A DNA stretch of 64,000 bases from an uncultured Planctomycetales bacterium (lineage in GTDB: Bacteria > Omnitrophota > Gorgyraeia > Zapsychrales > JBDRMG01): the NCBI GenBank assembly GCA_964478715.1, contig CAYZIY010000007.1:20220-84219 (forward strand), read 5' to 3'. Within the stretch, counting starts at the first letter, position 1, and every line of letters begins with the position of its first letter. The position numbers and the translations under genes are program-made. Positions 49,211-57,894 of the stretch are shown in pieces. The notes beneath the pieces are model-generated. The model ran no database searches and was not told the origin of the DNA. It saw only the letters and a list, made by a program, of their open reading frames with translations.

Positions 49211-52015
49211 TTATGTGGGGGGTTCGTATTTATTTCTCCAATGATCAGAAGTCCATGCAATTTCCACTACCCTTGATCGCAAACCCAGCATCTCTCCGGG
49301 AGGGTAGATCGGATCCGCAAGCCCTTCCCGGCGCAGATAATCCTGATCGTATTCATGGGCCGGCTGGGGATTGCTGGCCAAAAGGTCCCAGGGAGTCGAT
49401 TTATTATCTGTAGCCCGGCAAGGATGGGGATCCTTATCGGAGTTCCATCCAATCTGGGTATCTAAGTCAGAAAAGGGAATGGCAAAGTTCTTGTAAGAAT
49501 TCTGGTTGCAATCTCGGTTGTTGGCCGTCGTGGGAACCAGGCCGACAGGAGGAAACTCATTACCCAGTTGAATGACCGAGCCGATAATAACCGGCTGGAT
49601 TTCCGTCCAGCTGGAAGGGTCGGGAGCATTAAGGAGATCTCCAAGTTCTGTATAATAAGACCAGCGTTCCAAGAGATCAGGGTCAGGGGCATATTTTCCG
49701 ATCAAAGAGACATTATACACATAAGAATTCGGAGTTTCGGGGTCATTATCATGATCGACTGGGCCGATCGTATCCTGATCGGATTCCCAGGGTACTTTGT
49801 TTGCCATATTGCCATCTTGTTCTGCGAGCCAGTTGGCAACGCCTGGAATAAAATCGGCACGGAAACCATGTCCATCCTGGTTAAACTCTTCAAAATCCAT
49901 TCCACTTAATTCTGCTTCGGGATAGGACGGATGATGCTGGGGCCACGTTAATTTCCGGGGATAATCAAAATCTTCGGAAACTAAAGAGATTCTATTGGAG
50001 GCAATGATGGCTGCCGATTGCTTGGTCCAATCAGCATAGCCAGCATCAGCCTCATGGACATAATTGACATGGCCTTCCAAAATGGCATTATTGGCAATAA
50101 CGGTTAGTCCTCCTTGGGGCAATTGCCGCGCGTTGTAGAGCGCTACTCCGATCGGCTTGTCCGTGACCTGTGGAGAGTCTGCGGCAATAATGATCCCGCT
50201 CGAAGGCAGAAAATTTGGCTGTCCGCCTTCAGGAGGATTAACGACGCCAAATTGATGACAGCGATTTAAGTGTTCGATATTCATGCGAATCGTATTCTCG
50301 GGCAGTCCCGATTTGGGATTGATGAATTCTTTTTTTTCAAAGAGAGTGTCATTTATATCTTCGGAGCAATTTAGATCTGCGCAGCATCTTTCGTTTTTCA
50401 TCCATGAAGTCGTATCGTTTAATTTGATACTATTATTTCCCACATTGATAATATATTCTTTAAGCGCGCTTTCTTCAATCTCTTGCTCGATAGTCATTTG
50501 AATTTGTCCCGCACTGTGGCTGGATGAGTCACTTGAACTGTTGATTGTCTTTAAGGTATCAAGATGTATTTGGGGCACGGTGATTTCTTCAACACCGTCT
50601 GTGCTGTCCTTGAGCACATTAATTTGATCTTCCACAACGGCTGCCAGGCCTGTGATGGTGTCGTCTAAGGGATTATCCGGATCATCGCCTTGATCTATTT
50701 CAATGGGAAAATGGGACACATAATTATCCCAGTCCGACTCTTGATCAACAGAGTCGGTTAACCGGACAGGGGCTGTAAGATTACGTCCGTAATAAACTTC
50801 TTTATCATAGGGGGAGGAATCCGGCAGGATACTGGGAATAAAGTAACCGTTGATCTTGACATTGGCTTCATAATAGTTGGCATTATTATTTCCGTAAGGA
50901 TCTTGCCAGGCGCATGTATTTGTTTCATAACAACTGAGATCTTGTTCCCAATAGGAATTAACGAGGGTATTATGCCATTCAGGTTTATTATTAATCCAGC
51001 TTCCTTCATACCACATATTTTGATCACCCCAAGCAGGATCCCATATATAAGGAGAAGTGTCTTCCGGCACAGGTGCCGTGAAATTCGTATCCCAATAAAA
51101 AGGCCAGACGGGTTGCTTAATGTCCTGTGTTATTGTCTCTCCCTTCCAGGGGATAATACCATTTGTTGACATACGAAAAAGCCCCCGACGCATCCCTGGA
51201 TAATGGCCGTCCATGCTGTTGACATAATTGCCTTGGTTTAGTCCCACAGGAACCACTTCACCGCCCGAATAGGTTAAGTCATTCGGGTTAACGTGCGGCC
51301 AACGTCTGGTCTGATACTTGTTTTTATCATCCGGGTGGACAAAAGGTGTCATTTCCCATTCAAATTTTCCTGCTGTTGATATTTCACTGACATTTTCGAT
51401 TTCCACAAAATCATTGAATTTAATTTTCCCGTTGGCGTGGATTTTCGCCTGGCCGGCATTGATTTTTTTCCATCCGAAATCCGCATCATTCGAGTAAAAG
51501 GCCAGATAATCAAAAAGAGGCGTTCCTTTTATGATCCCCACAAAAAGACGGGTTTGGCCTTCTCTGTTGGTTTCTGCGAAACTGGTTGATTTCACTAGCG
51601 CATAATAGGCCCCGTCTTCCATGTAGACTTTAGCTTGGAAAATACTTCCCGTTTCTTCGTCACGAACCTGATACACATAGTCTTCGTTTTTATTAATCTG
51701 GGCGTCGGGAACATACAAATCAGCGGTGGCCGGCGGGTCATCGTGGGGGGCCAATGTGTCAGTCCCTGCTGCGATTTTGTGTGTCAGAAACGGATTACTG
51801 GTATATTGCCGGGCGGCAATTTCGGCAAAGACATATTCCACGCCGCTCATGGCGGTCATCTCGGTTTGATTGCGGGTATAAATCCGCCGGAAATGACGGG
51901 TATTATGCGTAGATTGCACAAAAACCGTTATTCCGTATCCTGCCAGCAGAATCAACAGAGGCAGGACAATCACATTCATGAGAAATTGTCCGTTTTTGTT
52001 TGAAATGCGTATCAT
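49211..52015 (-). CDS. Giant (934 aa) secreted or pilus-associated protein with a TadE/TadG-like N-terminus. Paralogue of 44055-46916
   Basis: N-terminal NGQFLMNVIVLPLLILLAGYGITVF (TadE-like). Conserved blocks as listed for the paralogue. RBS AGGGAGA upstream. Confidence 0.6.
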   Translation of the reverse strand: MIRISNKNGQFLMNVIVLPLLILLAGYGITVFVQSTHNTRHFRRIYTRNQTEMTAMSGVEYVFAEIAARQYTSNPFLTHKIAAGTDTLAPHDDPPATADLYVPDAQINKNEDYVYQVRDEETGSIFQAKVYMEDGAYYALVKSTSFAETNREGQTRLFVGIIKGTPLFDYLAFYSNDADFGWKKINAGQAKIHANGKIKFNDFVEIENVSEISTAGKFEWEMTPFVHPDDKNKYQTRRWPHVNPNDLTYSGGEVVPVGLNQGNYVNSMDGHYPGMRRGLFRMSTNGIIPWKGETITQDIKQPVWPFYWDTNFTAPVPEDTSPYIWDPAWGDQNMWYEGSWINNKPEWHNTLVNSYWEQDLSCYETNTCAWQDPYGNNNANYYEANVKINGYFIPSILPDSSPYDKEVYYGRNLTAPVRLTDSVDQESDWDNYVSHFPIEIDQGDDPDNPLDDTITGLAAVVEDQINVLKDSTDGVEEITVPQIHLDTLKTINSSSDSSSHSAGQIQMTIEQEIEESALKEYIINVGNNSIKLNDTTSWMKNERCCADLNCSEDINDTLFEKKEFINPKSGLPENTIRMNIEHLNRCHQFGVVNPPEGGQPNFLPSSGIIIAADSPQVTDKPIGVALYNARQLPQGGLTVIANNAILEGHVNYVHEADAGYADWTKQSAAIIASNRISLVSEDFDYPRKLTWPQHHPSYPEAELSGMDFEEFNQDGHGFRADFIPGVANWLAEQDGNMANKVPWESDQDTIGPVDHDNDPETPNSYVYNVSLIGKYAPDPDLLERWSYYTELGDLLNAPDPSSWTEIQPVIIGSVIQLGNEFPPVGLVPTTANNRDCNQNSYKNFAIPFSDLDTQIGWNSDKDPHPCRATDNKSTPWDLLASNPQPAHEYDQDYLRREGLADPIYPPGEMLGLRSRVVEIAWTSDHWRNKYEPPT

Positions 52016-52054
52016 GAGTTATTTTTCTCCCTCTCGAGATTGATCCTAATTACT

Positions 52055-52783
52055 TCATTCGGGTTCTCCCCAGTTATTGAATTCACAATTAAGTTCTTGT
52101 CCGCCTTCGGCTACATAGATCGACAAATCAACAAGGTCTGATATGTTGATTCCGTATTCATTACCTCCGCTACCTGAATTATTAACATTGGCGCGCTCGG
52201 GGTCTTCGGGAGGCGGGCAGATTGTATTTGGTGGCTCTGTTTCAGTACAGGCATCACTGCCTTCAGCACAACAGTTGGGCAGATCACCAAACATATAAGC
52301 GGATAATAAATCTAGGTCCGCTTTATTGACTATTCCGTCTCCGGTGAGCTCTCCGCATTCCGGGGCCGGCGGGCAGTCTTGAGCGCACCATTGCGAATTT
52401 TCGCTGGGGGGATCGCAAAAACCATCCCCGCAGACGGTAATGGTCAGAGGATCCGAGTCATTATCCGGATAAACAGTGGTGCTGAGCTTAATTTCCCCGC
52501 CTGATGGATAAGAGGAAGAGCTTATCTCCGGTTGAGCGGCGTAGAAACCGATCTGGACTGTTTTTGGGATATAGGTTGTGGAAAAAGTACCCTTTTCGAT
52601 GCGGCTGGCGATTACCTGAGAGGAGCGCACGGTTTCGACTGGTTGGGCGTAGGCAATTTGACCGCCTATAAGGAAAATCCAAAAAAAGACAGTTATCCCG
52701 ACAACCATCACAAATAGCATACTGAGAAAGGGCCTAATCTCATTTAACGTTTTTACATTAGGATAATCCATTAATCTAATCAT
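52055..52783 (-). CDS. Signal-anchored small protein with one Cys-rich repeat and a dockerin-like calcium-binding repeat pair
   Basis: TM anchor FLSMLFVMVVGITVFFWIFLIGG. CGDGFCDPPSENSQWCAQDC repeat. TGDGIVNKADLDLLSAYMFG and NNSGSGGNEYGINISDLVDLSIYV fit the dockerin D-x-D/N-x-DG-x-V/I-N-x2-D-x3-L-x2-Y pattern. Strong RBS AAAGGAG. Confidence 0.55.
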   Translation of the reverse strand: MIRLMDYPNVKTLNEIRPFLSMLFVMVVGITVFFWIFLIGGQIAYAQPVETVRSSQVIASRIEKGTFSTTYIPKTVQIGFYAAQPEISSSSYPSGGEIKLSTTVYPDNDSDPLTITVCGDGFCDPPSENSQWCAQDCPPAPECGELTGDGIVNKADLDLLSAYMFGDLPNCCAEGSDACTETEPPNTICPPPEDPERANVNNSGSGGNEYGINISDLVDLSIYVAEGGQELNCEFNNWGEPE

Positions 52784-52815
52784 CGCACGACTCCTTTTAT
52801 GGTTTTCTTTCTGTC

Positions 52816-53658
52816 CTATCTGTCCACGGGGGTCTCTCCGGTATCACAGTCGGCTGCGCAGGAAGAAACCGTTTCTCCGATACTGGCATCGCAAAAGCGG
52901 TCACCGCACCAGCCGAAATTCTCTTGTGCGGCCGCGACCTGATTTTCGCAGATACCGCAGTCGGCCGGACATTTTAAGCAATCTTCATGGATATCACAGA
53001 ATCCGTTCGGGCAGCAGACACCTCCGCAATCCTCAGGGCAGGACAGGCAGTTTTCTCCCAAATCCTCTTCAGGGTTGGGACCGCCAGTTTCCGGAATGCC
53101 GTCTTGGCAGATTCGGTCGCCGCAGGTACAGCGGTCTTCGCAATCAGGAAAACAGGTGTCGCAGTCTTCGCCGTAGTCTTCATTACAAGTACCATCGCCG
53201 CAATAGGGCTGGCTTTCATCGCAAATAACCTGTTTGTAGAGTTGATTGTCATTGACCAAGTATCTGTACCAGCAATATTGGTAACATTCATTCTCAGAAA
53301 TACAAGCGCCGAAAGCGACTCGGCCGTCATTGATTTCTAATGTATCCACAATAGGAGTTTTGAAGATTAAATAACTTCCTTGACAGACCGGCTCTCCCTC
53401 TTCGGGGCATGGATGGTGAACCGGAGCGCCCGGTTTATTGCTCTGGGGGGGCACCGACTGCTGAACATGGGCAGCGACACGCTGTAAAATATTTTCCAGA
53501 TGAATATTTTGATCGCTGCGGATTTTCGATATAATCGACGCCTGCATTCCTTTTTGCGCGGCAGCCGAAATCCCGCCGATGACAATGACCGAAGCCGCGA
53601 TGGAGACGACAAGCTCGGTTAGCGTAAATGCTTCTTTATTTTTTGTGTATCTTTTCAT
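52816..53658 (-). CDS. Type IV pilin/pseudopilin-like protein with 4 extracellular Cys-rich repeats
   Basis: MKRYTKNKEA-FTLTELVVSIAASVIVIGG prepilin-type N-terminus. Repeats CGDGTCNEDYGEDCDTCFPDC, CGDRICQDG...CLSCPEDC, CPNGFCDIHEDCLKCPADC, CGDRFCDASIGETVSSCAADC. The ORF-track start at 53712 would translate through the leader hairpin. The ATG at 53658 has RBS GGGAGAAG. Confidence 0.6.
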   Translation of the reverse strand: MKRYTKNKEAFTLTELVVSIAASVIVIGGISAAAQKGMQASIISKIRSDQNIHLENILQRVAAHVQQSVPPQSNKPGAPVHHPCPEEGEPVCQGSYLIFKTPIVDTLEINDGRVAFGACISENECYQYCWYRYLVNDNQLYKQVICDESQPYCGDGTCNEDYGEDCDTCFPDCEDRCTCGDRICQDGIPETGGPNPEEDLGENCLSCPEDCGGVCCPNGFCDIHEDCLKCPADCGICENQVAAAQENFGWCGDRFCDASIGETVSSCAADCDTGETPVDR

Positions 53659-53916
53659 GTCTTCTCCCAATTTCTGTTGTAACCGAAAAAAATCCCACTC
53701 CTTAAACTTCAAGGAATGGGTTTATCCGTTTTGTTGGCAGCTGGCTGCCCCTCTGCTTTCTTGCCTGCCTTTCAGAAAACAAGCGAAAACAAGAAGCGGG
53801 GTCCTTTAGCTTTGTGCCCCATCCTTGCGGTCCCGCGTGGGTTTCTCGCGGGATCTCCGGTCTCAAAGGATTGCAGGCCGGAGAATAGTTTACCTTTTTC
53901 AACACCAATGAATTGT
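53659..53916 (-). promoter_or_regulatory. Conserved structured 5' leader RNA (copy 2) with a terminator-like hairpin abutting the RBS
   Basis: Minus-strand reading: ...CCCGCGAGAAACCCACGCGGGACCGCAAGGATGGGGCACAAAGCTAAAGGACCCC...GCCAACAAA...AAACCCATTCCTT-GAAGTTT-AAGGAGTGGGATTTTTTT-CGG...GGGAGAAGAC-ATG. Confidence 0.45.
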
Positions 53917-53960
53917 TAATAAAAGTATAACACATTTTTTCTTGCGGACAATTCAGCATC
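53917..53960 (-). promoter_or_regulatory. Sigma70-like promoter (TTGTCC, 17 nt, TGTGTTATACT) driving leader copy 2
   Basis: Same architecture as the 49108-49150 promoter. Confidence 0.4.
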
Positions 53961-54159
53961 AAAAAAAAAGCCCAAAGCGAAAAAACGCTTTCTTTTTCAG
54001 TTAAGACGCCTGACTTTAATTTTATTATATTATAAGGGAAGCCCGAAGAGACTGTCTAGATAAATATGGCAAAAAAGAGCCGGACAATCCATTTGCAAAT
54101 GTCAAAATCGCGTGATAAAATGGCTGCGAAAAATACAATGAGATAAAAAAATAAAAATT

Positions 54160-55131
54160 ATGATTCAGGTGACCCGAAAAATTTCTGCCAAAAATCCGGT
54201 TTTGATTGCCGCCTGGCCGGGCATGGGCTATGTGGCTCTCAATGCGGCTAATTATCTGAAAGACCAGCTGAAGCCTGAAACCTTTGCCCGCTATCGAAGC
54301 GACCGGGTATTTTTCCAAAGAGACATTGAGGTCAGCGGCGGCTTGATCCGTCTGCCAAAAATTCCCGACGGCCAGTTTTATCACTGGAAAAATCCGGCTG
54401 GTCGTCATGATGTGATTTTTTTTATCAGTACCCAGCAGCCGCCGATGGAAAAAGGCCTGATCTATGCCCGCTCGATTGTTGATTTTATCGCTACATTCAA
54501 TATTCATACCGTCTATACCTTTGCCGCGCTTTTAACCTCGATGGATTACCTGCAGAGGCCCAAGGTTTGGTTGACAGCCACCGATAAAGATCTTTTGCAC
54601 CAACTCAAGGGAAAGAAAACGAAAATTCTACGCTCCGGTCATGTCAGCGGACTCAATGGTTTGTTTTTAGGCGCAGCCAAACAGCGCCATATCCGCGGGG
54701 CCTGTCTGCTGGGGGAGATTCCTTTTTACATGACGCAGATTGAAAACCCGCGCGCCTCTATGGCAGTGTTGGAGAAAATAAGCAGCATTTTGGGAATCAC
54801 TCTGGATTACCGTGAGCTGATCGCCGCCGATCAAACCCTGATTGAAGAAATAGAGAAATTGATTGAACAGGTCAGGGATCCCTCTAAAGAGCTACCCAGC
54901 GAACAGCCGATCTCCGACGAGGATATGGCTGTCTTTCGGAAAATGCTATCGGCCCAGTGCCGTCTGCCCAATTCGGCCCGGGAAGAAATCGAAGAGTTGT
55001 TTCACCGCGCCAAAGATGATCTGTCTCAGGCCCATTCGCTGAAGAAAAAGCTCGACGAATGGCATGCCTACCGTGATTATGAAGATCGGTTTCTGAGTCT
55101 TTTTAAGAAACATAACGAAGAAAACAATTAA
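54160..55131 (+). CDS. PAC2-family (proteasome-assembly-chaperone-like) protein
   Basis: N-terminal NPVLIAAWPGMGYVALNAANYL resembles the PAC2 family opening. 323 aa with an acidic C-terminal tail. Confidence 0.5.
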   Translation: MIQVTRKISAKNPVLIAAWPGMGYVALNAANYLKDQLKPETFARYRSDRVFFQRDIEVSGGLIRLPKIPDGQFYHWKNPAGRHDVIFFISTQQPPMEKGLIYARSIVDFIATFNIHTVYTFAALLTSMDYLQRPKVWLTATDKDLLHQLKGKKTKILRSGHVSGLNGLFLGAAKQRHIRGACLLGEIPFYMTQIENPRASMAVLEKISSILGITLDYRELIAADQTLIEEIEKLIEQVRDPSKELPSEQPISDEDMAVFRKMLSAQCRLPNSAREEIEELFHRAKDDLSQAHSLKKKLDEWHAYRDYEDRFLSLFKKHNEENN

Positions 55132-55133
55132 GG

Positions 55134-55802
55134 GTGAATACTCTAACGACCAAGCAAGCCCAAAGACTGGATCGTTATGCCATCGAGATTTTCGGGATCC
55201 CCTCGATTGTTTTGATGGAAAATGCCGGACGTCTGGTAGCAGAGTCGGTCAAGCGGAGATGGAAAAGAAAAAAGGATCGCGTGGTTGTGATTTGCGGCCC
55301 GGGAAACAATGCCGGCGACGGTTTTGTGACGGCGCGTCATCTTTATCTAAGCGGGATTCCTTGCCGTGTTTATTGTCTGAGTGATCCGCGAAAATTCAAG
55401 GAAGATTCCCGTATCAATTTTTCGCTTTTGAAAAAAAGTCAGTGTCCGGTAGCTCTCATCCGCAAAGTCGATGCCAAGGTTTTGCGTCAGTGGCGACAGG
55501 CCGCTTTGATTGTTGATGCGATTTTCGGTATTGGTTTGAACCGTGAGGTGGCCTCGCCCTTTAAGGAAGCAATTGAAGCGATCAATATCTGCCGTGGGCG
55601 TGTATTTGCCGTTGATATTCCTTCAGGGCTTAATGCTACCACTGGAGACATTTTTGGTTCTTGCATCAAAGCCGATGAAACCATTACGTTTGTGACGGTC
55701 AAAAGAGGATTTTGTCTTTCACAGGGTAAAGAAAGAGCGGGTCAAATCAAGGTGGTCGATATCGGTATTCCCGAGACGGTGATCCGTAAAGTGTTGCGAT
55801 GA
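55134..55802 (+). CDS. nnrE: NAD(P)H-hydrate epimerase (YjeF N-terminal domain)
   Basis: VVVICGPGNNAGDGFV and DAIFGIGL motifs of YjeF_N. Confidence 0.75.
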   Translation: MNTLTTKQAQRLDRYAIEIFGIPSIVLMENAGRLVAESVKRRWKRKKDRVVVICGPGNNAGDGFVTARHLYLSGIPCRVYCLSDPRKFKEDSRINFSLLKKSQCPVALIRKVDAKVLRQWRQAALIVDAIFGIGLNREVASPFKEAIEAINICRGRVFAVDIPSGLNATTGDIFGSCIKADETITFVTVKRGFCLSQGKERAGQIKVVDIGIPETVIRKVLR

Positions 55803-56461
55803 AAAATCCTACCCGCACAATCAGTCGCATCATTGAAATATTACAAAAAAATGCCGAAGAACTTAAAGATCCTTCCGTGACAATGGTCGCCAGGCAGTTT
55901 CAAGATCCGTTTCTGGTTCTGATTTCTTGTCTGCTGAGTTTGCGCACTAAAGACGCGGTCACGCTTAAGGCCAGCGAGCGGCTTTTTCGAATAGGCAAAA
56001 CACCCCAAACGATTACCCGGATTCCAGTTTCCAAAATTGAAAGGGCGATTTACCCGGTTGGATTTTACCGGACCAAGGCCCGGACCATTCGAACTCTTTG
56101 CCGCGATTTGGTCAAGAATTTTCACGGGCGTGTTCCCGATGATATCGAAACGCTCTTGACCTTTAAAGGCGTGGGACGCAAAACCGCTAATCTGGTTTTA
56201 ACCGAAGGATTTGGAAAACCGGGGATGTGTGTGGATACACATGTGCATCGGATTTCCAACCGGCTGGGATTTGTTCAAACCGCAAACCCTTTAGAAACCG
56301 AGATGGCCTTAAGAAAAAAGTTGCCTCAACGCTTTTGGATCGAGTATAATGCCTTACTTGTTATGTGGGGGCAGAATGTGTGCAAACCTGTTTCTCCTTT
56401 ATGTTCGCGTTGTGCTGTTTTTAAGTGGTGCGATCGAAAGAAAGTGAGTGTCAGCCGTTGA
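55799..56461 (+). CDS. nth: Endonuclease III (HhH-GPD DNA glycosylase with 4Fe-4S cluster)
   Basis: HhH-GPD (LLTFKGVGRKTANLVL...D) and C-x6-C-x2-C-x5-C (CKPVSPLCSRCAVFKWC). Confidence 0.85.
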   Translation: MKNPTRTISRIIEILQKNAEELKDPSVTMVARQFQDPFLVLISCLLSLRTKDAVTLKASERLFRIGKTPQTITRIPVSKIERAIYPVGFYRTKARTIRTLCRDLVKNFHGRVPDDIETLLTFKGVGRKTANLVLTEGFGKPGMCVDTHVHRISNRLGFVQTANPLETEMALRKKLPQRFWIEYNALLVMWGQNVCKPVSPLCSRCAVFKWCDRKKVSVSR

Positions 56462-56469
56462 ATAAGTAC

Positions 56470-56600
56470 ATTCAAGAAACAAGAAACAAGAAATAAATAA
56501 GCACCAAGTTCCAAATTACAAATCACAAGCGTTTGAAATCTGAATTTTTGAATTTGCATCTTGTTTGCATCTCGTAATTTGTATCTTCGTTACTGAAATC
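56470..56600. repeat. AT-rich leader containing short direct repeats (aacaagaaacaagaaa; ttgcatcttgtttgcatctcg; tttgtatcttcg) upstream of the MgtE-like gene
   Basis: Direct reading. No match to the M-box consensus recognisable. Confidence 0.4.
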
Positions 56601-56607
56601 GAAAATC

Positions 56608-57894
56608 ATGGACATCTTTATTTACTTTTCAGATTTATTAGGTTTGCCTGTTATCGATCATGCCGGTGAGAAAATCGGGGTATTTGATGATATGGCTCTA
56701 CGGGTGACCGATGAGAATTTCCCTCGGGCTACAACTCTCGTCGTCAAAAGAGGCAGGTTGCGTCCGCAGTTTGCCGAGATTGACTGGAGCCTGATCAAGA
56801 AAATCGATCAAACCATTACGCTTAAAGAAGAAGCGGGCGACGTTTCTTTTTCTCATTTTAAACCCAAACAGGATTTAGCGATCTGTGCCGATATCCTCGA
56901 CCGGCAGGTCGTGGATACCGATCACCAGAAAGTTGTGCGGGTCAATGATGTGCATCTTCTTCGCGTTGATCAACAGCTTTATCTGGCCCATGTGGATGTG
57001 AGTCTGCGTGCACTTTTGCGTCGTCTGGGGTGGGGTTCTTTTATCGATCGCTTGATGCATCTGCTGGTTCCGCGTTCTGCCTATTTTACAAAAGAAGAAT
57101 TTATCCCCTGGAAATACACTCAAGTATTGACTCTCGGGCGGACCCGCAATCTCCTGCGTCTGGAAGTGGCCCGGAAAAAGCTGGCTCAGATTCCTCCCAC
57201 GGAAATGGCCGAGATCATGGAAGATCTGGACATTTTTGAGAAATATTCCTTTTTCAAATCTTTGGATGTCGGCATCCAGAGAAAAGTTTTCTCCGATATG
57301 GCGACCAGCGAACAGGAAGAGCTGATCGATCAGATGAATGATCAGGAAGCCGTTGATCTGATCGAAGATATTCCCTCTGATGAGGCGGCTGACCTTTTGA
57401 TGAACCTGCCGAAAGAGAAAACCCTCAAATTTATGCGTCTGATGGAGACTGGCGATTCGAAACGGCTGCGCAAGCTACTGGGATTTGCGAAAGATTCAGC
57501 CGGCGGGTTAATGACAACGGAATATCTTTCCTTGCCTGAAGACTCTCTGGTCGAAGATGCCCTTCAGAAAATCAAAGACAATGTTCACTATCCAGGCAAT
57601 ATCTATCATATTTATCTGGTCGATTCTAAAGAGCGCTTAGAAGGCATTACTCCTTTAAGACGTTTTATCAGCGAGGACTTGAAAAAACCGCTGGCCGAGT
57701 GCTGCTTCCCTAAGACCGTCTCGGTGAAAACGGATGACGGCATGGAAGAGATTGCCTTGCTTTTGGAAAAATATAAATTCAGCGCCATTCCGGTTGTCGA
57801 TGAACAGAATGTTTTACAGGGTGTGATCACCGCCGATGACGTGATGGAAGAATTGATCGCCAATATTTGGGGCAAATACAAGGAGAAACTTTAG
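56608..57894 (+). CDS. Stand-alone MgtE-type cytosolic magnesium-sensing module (PRC-barrel, MgtE_N and tandem CBS) without the MgtE membrane domain
   Basis: MgtE_N-like acidic helices (DIPSDEAADLLMNLPKEKTLKFMRLME), CBS pair (IYHIYLVDSKERLEGITPLRRFI; IPVVDEQNVLQGVITADDVME). No TM segments. Confidence 0.7.
   Translation: MDIFIYFSDLLGLPVIDHAGEKIGVFDDMALRVTDENFPRATTLVVKRGRLRPQFAEIDWSLIKKIDQTITLKEEAGDVSFSHFKPKQDLAICADILDRQVVDTDHQKVVRVNDVHLLRVDQQLYLAHVDVSLRALLRRLGWGSFIDRLMHLLVPRSAYFTKEEFIPWKYTQVLTLGRTRNLLRLEVARKKLAQIPPTEMAEIMEDLDIFEKYSFFKSLDVGIQRKVFSDMATSEQEELIDQMNDQEAVDLIEDIPSDEAADLLMNLPKEKTLKFMRLMETGDSKRLRKLLGFAKDSAGGLMTTEYLSLPEDSLVEDALQKIKDNVHYPGNIYHIYLVDSKERLEGITPLRRFISEDLKKPLAECCFPKTVSVKTDDGMEEIALLLEKYKFSAIPVVDEQNVLQGVITADDVMEELIANIWGKYKEKL

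Noticed and set aside
53659-53712. Upstream 18-codon extension of the pilin-like ORF (start at 53712)
   Set aside because: It is the translated image of the leader terminator hairpin. The downstream ATG has an RBS and gives a canonical prepilin leader.
56470-56600. M-box (Mg2+) riboswitch upstream of the MgtE-like gene
   Set aside because: The sequence is AT-rich with short direct repeats and lacks the conserved M-box core.
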